Of a stretch of 64,000 nt of DNA, positions 61,911-64,000 are shown piece after piece. This stretch comes from an uncultured Oscillospiraceae bacterium. Its GTDB lineage: Bacteria; Bacillota; Clostridia; Oscillospirales; Ruminococcaceae. The translations under genes were made by a program, and so were the position numbers. The stretch's first letter is position 1. Each line of letters begins with the position of its first letter. The stretch covers positions 5,355-69,354 of the forward strand of contig CATJLA010000101.1 of the NCBI GenBank assembly GCA_949741215.1. The letters run 5' to 3'. The notes under the pieces were generated by a model, which saw nothing but the letters and a program-made list of their open reading frames with translations, did not search any database and was not told where the DNA came from.

Positions 61911-62834
61911 GTGAATTCAAAGAGATTTTGGGGTATTTTGCTCTGTTTTTGCCTGGTTTTACCCGTTTTTTCTCTAACCGGGTGCACTCGTGAGATTACC
62001 GGCTCCGATAATAGCTCAAAGCCTATGGATGCTGTCACGTCCCAAAGCAGCTCTGATATTTCAGAGAGCAGCGCGCCAAATGCCAGCGAGCCGCCCTCCC
62101 AAAGCTGGAAGGAGCTGGATACCGACGAAGCCGTGCAGGAGGCTGTGATCCATACCGTTTTAGAGCGGGAGCAGGGGGTATACTATCCCGGAGAGTTTCA
62201 GGGGGCGGCGTGCCTTTTGTTTGATGCCTTGCCCAACCAGGATGGCTCCCTGGCGGTATTTGCCCTGGTAGAGTACATTGAGTACAGCTTTATTAACAAC
62301 AGCTTTACCAATGTAGGCGGCTTCCGCAACCGGATGCGCATTGATTTTGCCCAGGAAAACGGGGCTTATACCGCCATTTTGTACGAGCATCTGGATGTGT
62401 CGTTTCAGTCCGACCAGCGCTTAGAGGAGCTGCTGGCCCCACTGCAGGCCACCGGTACCGATTACACTTACACCGATGAGGACTTTGCCGGTTTGCGGGC
62501 TCAGGTGGACGAAACTGCTGGGGAATATCTCCGGCAGATCGGCAGGGAAAACCGGCGAATTGTAGATAACAGTGAGCTGGGGCTTACCTATCTGAACGAA
62601 GTCGGCGTGGAGGATGAAATCATCGACCAGCGGGCCGAGGATCTGCAAACCACCCTTTATCCGGACTGGATTGGCACCCAGGAGCGGCTGGAGGACGACA
62701 TGCGCTTGATCTATCAAACCGATTATGACGCTGAAAATCATCGGATCATCTACATCAAGCACCAGTATGGGCTTAGCACGCCCATAGAAACCCTCGCCTT
62801 TGATGCCGTTACCGGAGAGGCCATAGAGCTTTAA
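61911..62834 (+). CDS. Hypothetical lipoprotein
   Basis: GTG start 7 nt after GGAGGT. The signal peptide has a lipobox, FSLTGC. No family recognised. Confidence 0.6.
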   Translation: MNSKRFWGILLCFCLVLPVFSLTGCTREITGSDNSSKPMDAVTSQSSSDISESSAPNASEPPSQSWKELDTDEAVQEAVIHTVLEREQGVYYPGEFQGAACLLFDALPNQDGSLAVFALVEYIEYSFINNSFTNVGGFRNRMRIDFAQENGAYTAILYEHLDVSFQSDQRLEELLAPLQATGTDYTYTDEDFAGLRAQVDETAGEYLRQIGRENRRIVDNSELGLTYLNEVGVEDEIIDQRAEDLQTTLYPDWIGTQERLEDDMRLIYQTDYDAENHRIIYIKHQYGLSTPIETLAFDAVTGEAIEL

Positions 62835-63005
62835 CCCCTTTTCCTTTTTAGGCTTGTGGGACGTCAGTGGTATTTTCCCTATTCTGTAAAATGCGGCCAG
62901 TCTACCCACACCTTTAAGCAAAGCGGACGAACCTTCTTTTTTCGTCTCCGGTGCACCTATATAATAGCATCAGGAAAATAGCCTGCAGTCACGTCCCCAA
63001 ACAAC

Positions 63006-63042
63006 AAAAAGCCCGCCGGAAACCGCTCCGACGGGCCTTTTT
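63006..63042. terminator. Bidirectional terminator between the lipoprotein gene and adhE
   Basis: AAAAA-GCCCGCCGGA, a loop, TCCGACGGGC, then CTTTTTAT (one mismatch in the stem). Confidence 0.7.
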
Positions 63043-63054
63043 ATGACGCAATTT

Positions 63055-64000
63055 TTAGAAATTCACCTTGGTGCCGTAGTAGCAGCACTTCAGCAGCTCT
63101 GCCATCTGAGCGGGGGTGATGGGCCGCGGGTTGGAACCGGTGCAGGCATCCCCTACCGCCAGCTCGGCAATGGTGGGCAGCTTCTCCAGGAATTCTGCCT
63201 CGTTGATACCGAAGTCCTTCAGTGTTTTGGGGATAGAAAGCTCCACATTGTACCGGTCAATCTTTGCGCAAAGAGCCGCTACGATCTCGTCATCGCTGGC
63301 GCCGTCAATTCCAACAGAACGGGCAATCTCAACATAACGCTTTTTAGCCTCCATAAAGCCGGCGTTATACTGAATTACGTAAGGCAGGTAGATCGCATTG
63401 GCGCAGCCATGAGGAATATGTCCAGTGCTGAACGCCGCGCCCGTTTTATGAGCCATGGAATGTACAATACCCAGCAACGCATTGGAGAACGCCATGCCGG
63501 CCAGGCACTGGGCGTAGTGCATCTGCTCCCTGGCGGAAGAATCGCCCTTATAGGAGGCAGGCAGGTAATCAAACACCATGCTGATCGCCTTGAGGGCCAG
63601 CGGATCTGTAAAAGGAGAATTCATGGTAGAAACATATGCCTCAATTGCATGGGTCAAAGCATCCATACCGGTGTGAGCAGTCAGGGTTTTGGGCATGGTC
63701 TCTGCCAAGTCCGGGTCAACAATGGCCACATCCGGGGTGATGTTAAAGTCAGCCAACGGATATTTCACGCCCTTCTGGTAGTCGGTGATTACCGAGAAGG
63801 CGGTTACCTCGGTAGCAGTGCCGGAGGTAGAAGGAATCGCCAGGAATTTAGCCTTCTGCCGCAGCTCCGGGAAGGAGAAGGGCTGCAGAATTGCTTCAAA
63901 GGAGGTTTCGGGGTACTCATAGAACACCCACATGGCTTTCGCCGCATCAATGGGAGAACCGCCGCCGATGGAAACAATCCAGTCCGGCTCAAACTCCCGC
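63055..64000 (-). CDS. adhE: Iron-containing alcohol dehydrogenase, AdhE-type ADH domain; the 5' part runs off the window end
   Basis: The ORF is open at 64000. GGGSPIDAAKAMWVFYEYPETSFE...STSGTATEVT...YPLADF...DALTHAIEAY...HSMAHKTGA...HGCANA...VGDACTGSNPRP parallels the C-terminal half of E. coli AdhE as I recall it. It could be a stand-alone Fe-ADH. Confidence 0.8.
   Translation of the reverse strand, partial: REFEPDWIVSIGGGSPIDAAKAMWVFYEYPETSFEAILQPFSFPELRQKAKFLAIPSTSGTATEVTAFSVITDYQKGVKYPLADFNITPDVAIVDPDLAETMPKTLTAHTGMDALTHAIEAYVSTMNSPFTDPLALKAISMVFDYLPASYKGDSSAREQMHYAQCLAGMAFSNALLGIVHSMAHKTGAAFSTGHIPHGCANAIYLPYVIQYNAGFMEAKKRYVEIARSVGIDGASDDEIVAALCAKIDRYNVELSIPKTLKDFGINEAEFLEKLPTIAELAVGDACTGSNPRPITPAQMAELLKCCYYGTKVNF

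Noticed and set aside
1-64000. Searched for CRISPR arrays, IS elements or transposases, integrases, prophage modules, a reverse transcriptase (retron/DGR) and known defence-system genes.
   Set aside because: None were found in any frame. The only large ATPase or nuclease genes are the housekeeping smc and addAB. tRNA-Ser at 49.6 kb is not followed by an integrase or a direct repeat of its 3' end.

Overview
This is a 64-kb chromosomal segment from a high-GC Firmicute. I judged GC at roughly 55-58% by eye and did not compute it. It is most likely a Clostridia (Oscillospiraceae/Ruminococcaceae-like) anaerobe. That guess rests on Firmicute-type operon orders: yhbY-nadD/yqeK-rsfS-leuS, plsX-rnc-radical SAM-smc-ftsY, dprA-topA-trmFO, infC-rpmI-rplT and addB-addA. 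Spore-associated genes (CotH, a PdaA-like deacetylase) support it. From 1 to 43 kb almost every gene is on the minus strand and is housekeeping. From 43 to 64 kb orientation is mixed and the content is more accessory. That part holds a Zn/Cd-type P1B ATPase, an ArsR regulator, tRNA-Ser, a BlaI/BlaR1-like pair, an AT-rich islet with three RHH paralogs plus an XRE gene, a Na/Pi transporter, a PAP2 phosphatase and the 3' part of adhE. I see no IS element, integrase, prophage, CRISPR array or recognisable defence gene.

The features that ordinary annotation would not explain are:
- A short motif, a T-run followed by GGGACGT-RAC-WGC-NGC, recurs in nearly every intergenic region. I found about 35 copies, several as co-varying inverted pairs or inside terminator loops.
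- A 100-220-nt non-coding repeat occurs in three co-oriented copies, and each copy has its own closing helix. Two of the copies bracket dprA.
- Two perfect Firmicute parS sites lie 26 kb apart.
- A secreted protein is built from six tandem C-x3-H-x-H-C units with a His-rich tail.
- There is a VTC / DUF4956 / CotH three-gene cluster.
- A THF riboswitch with folT is preceded by six helically phased A-tracts.
- An HMA domain and its P-type ATPase share one reading frame and are separated by a single TAG.

All coordinates of short motifs were read by eye and may be off by 1-2 nt. All enrichment statements are estimates and need computation.
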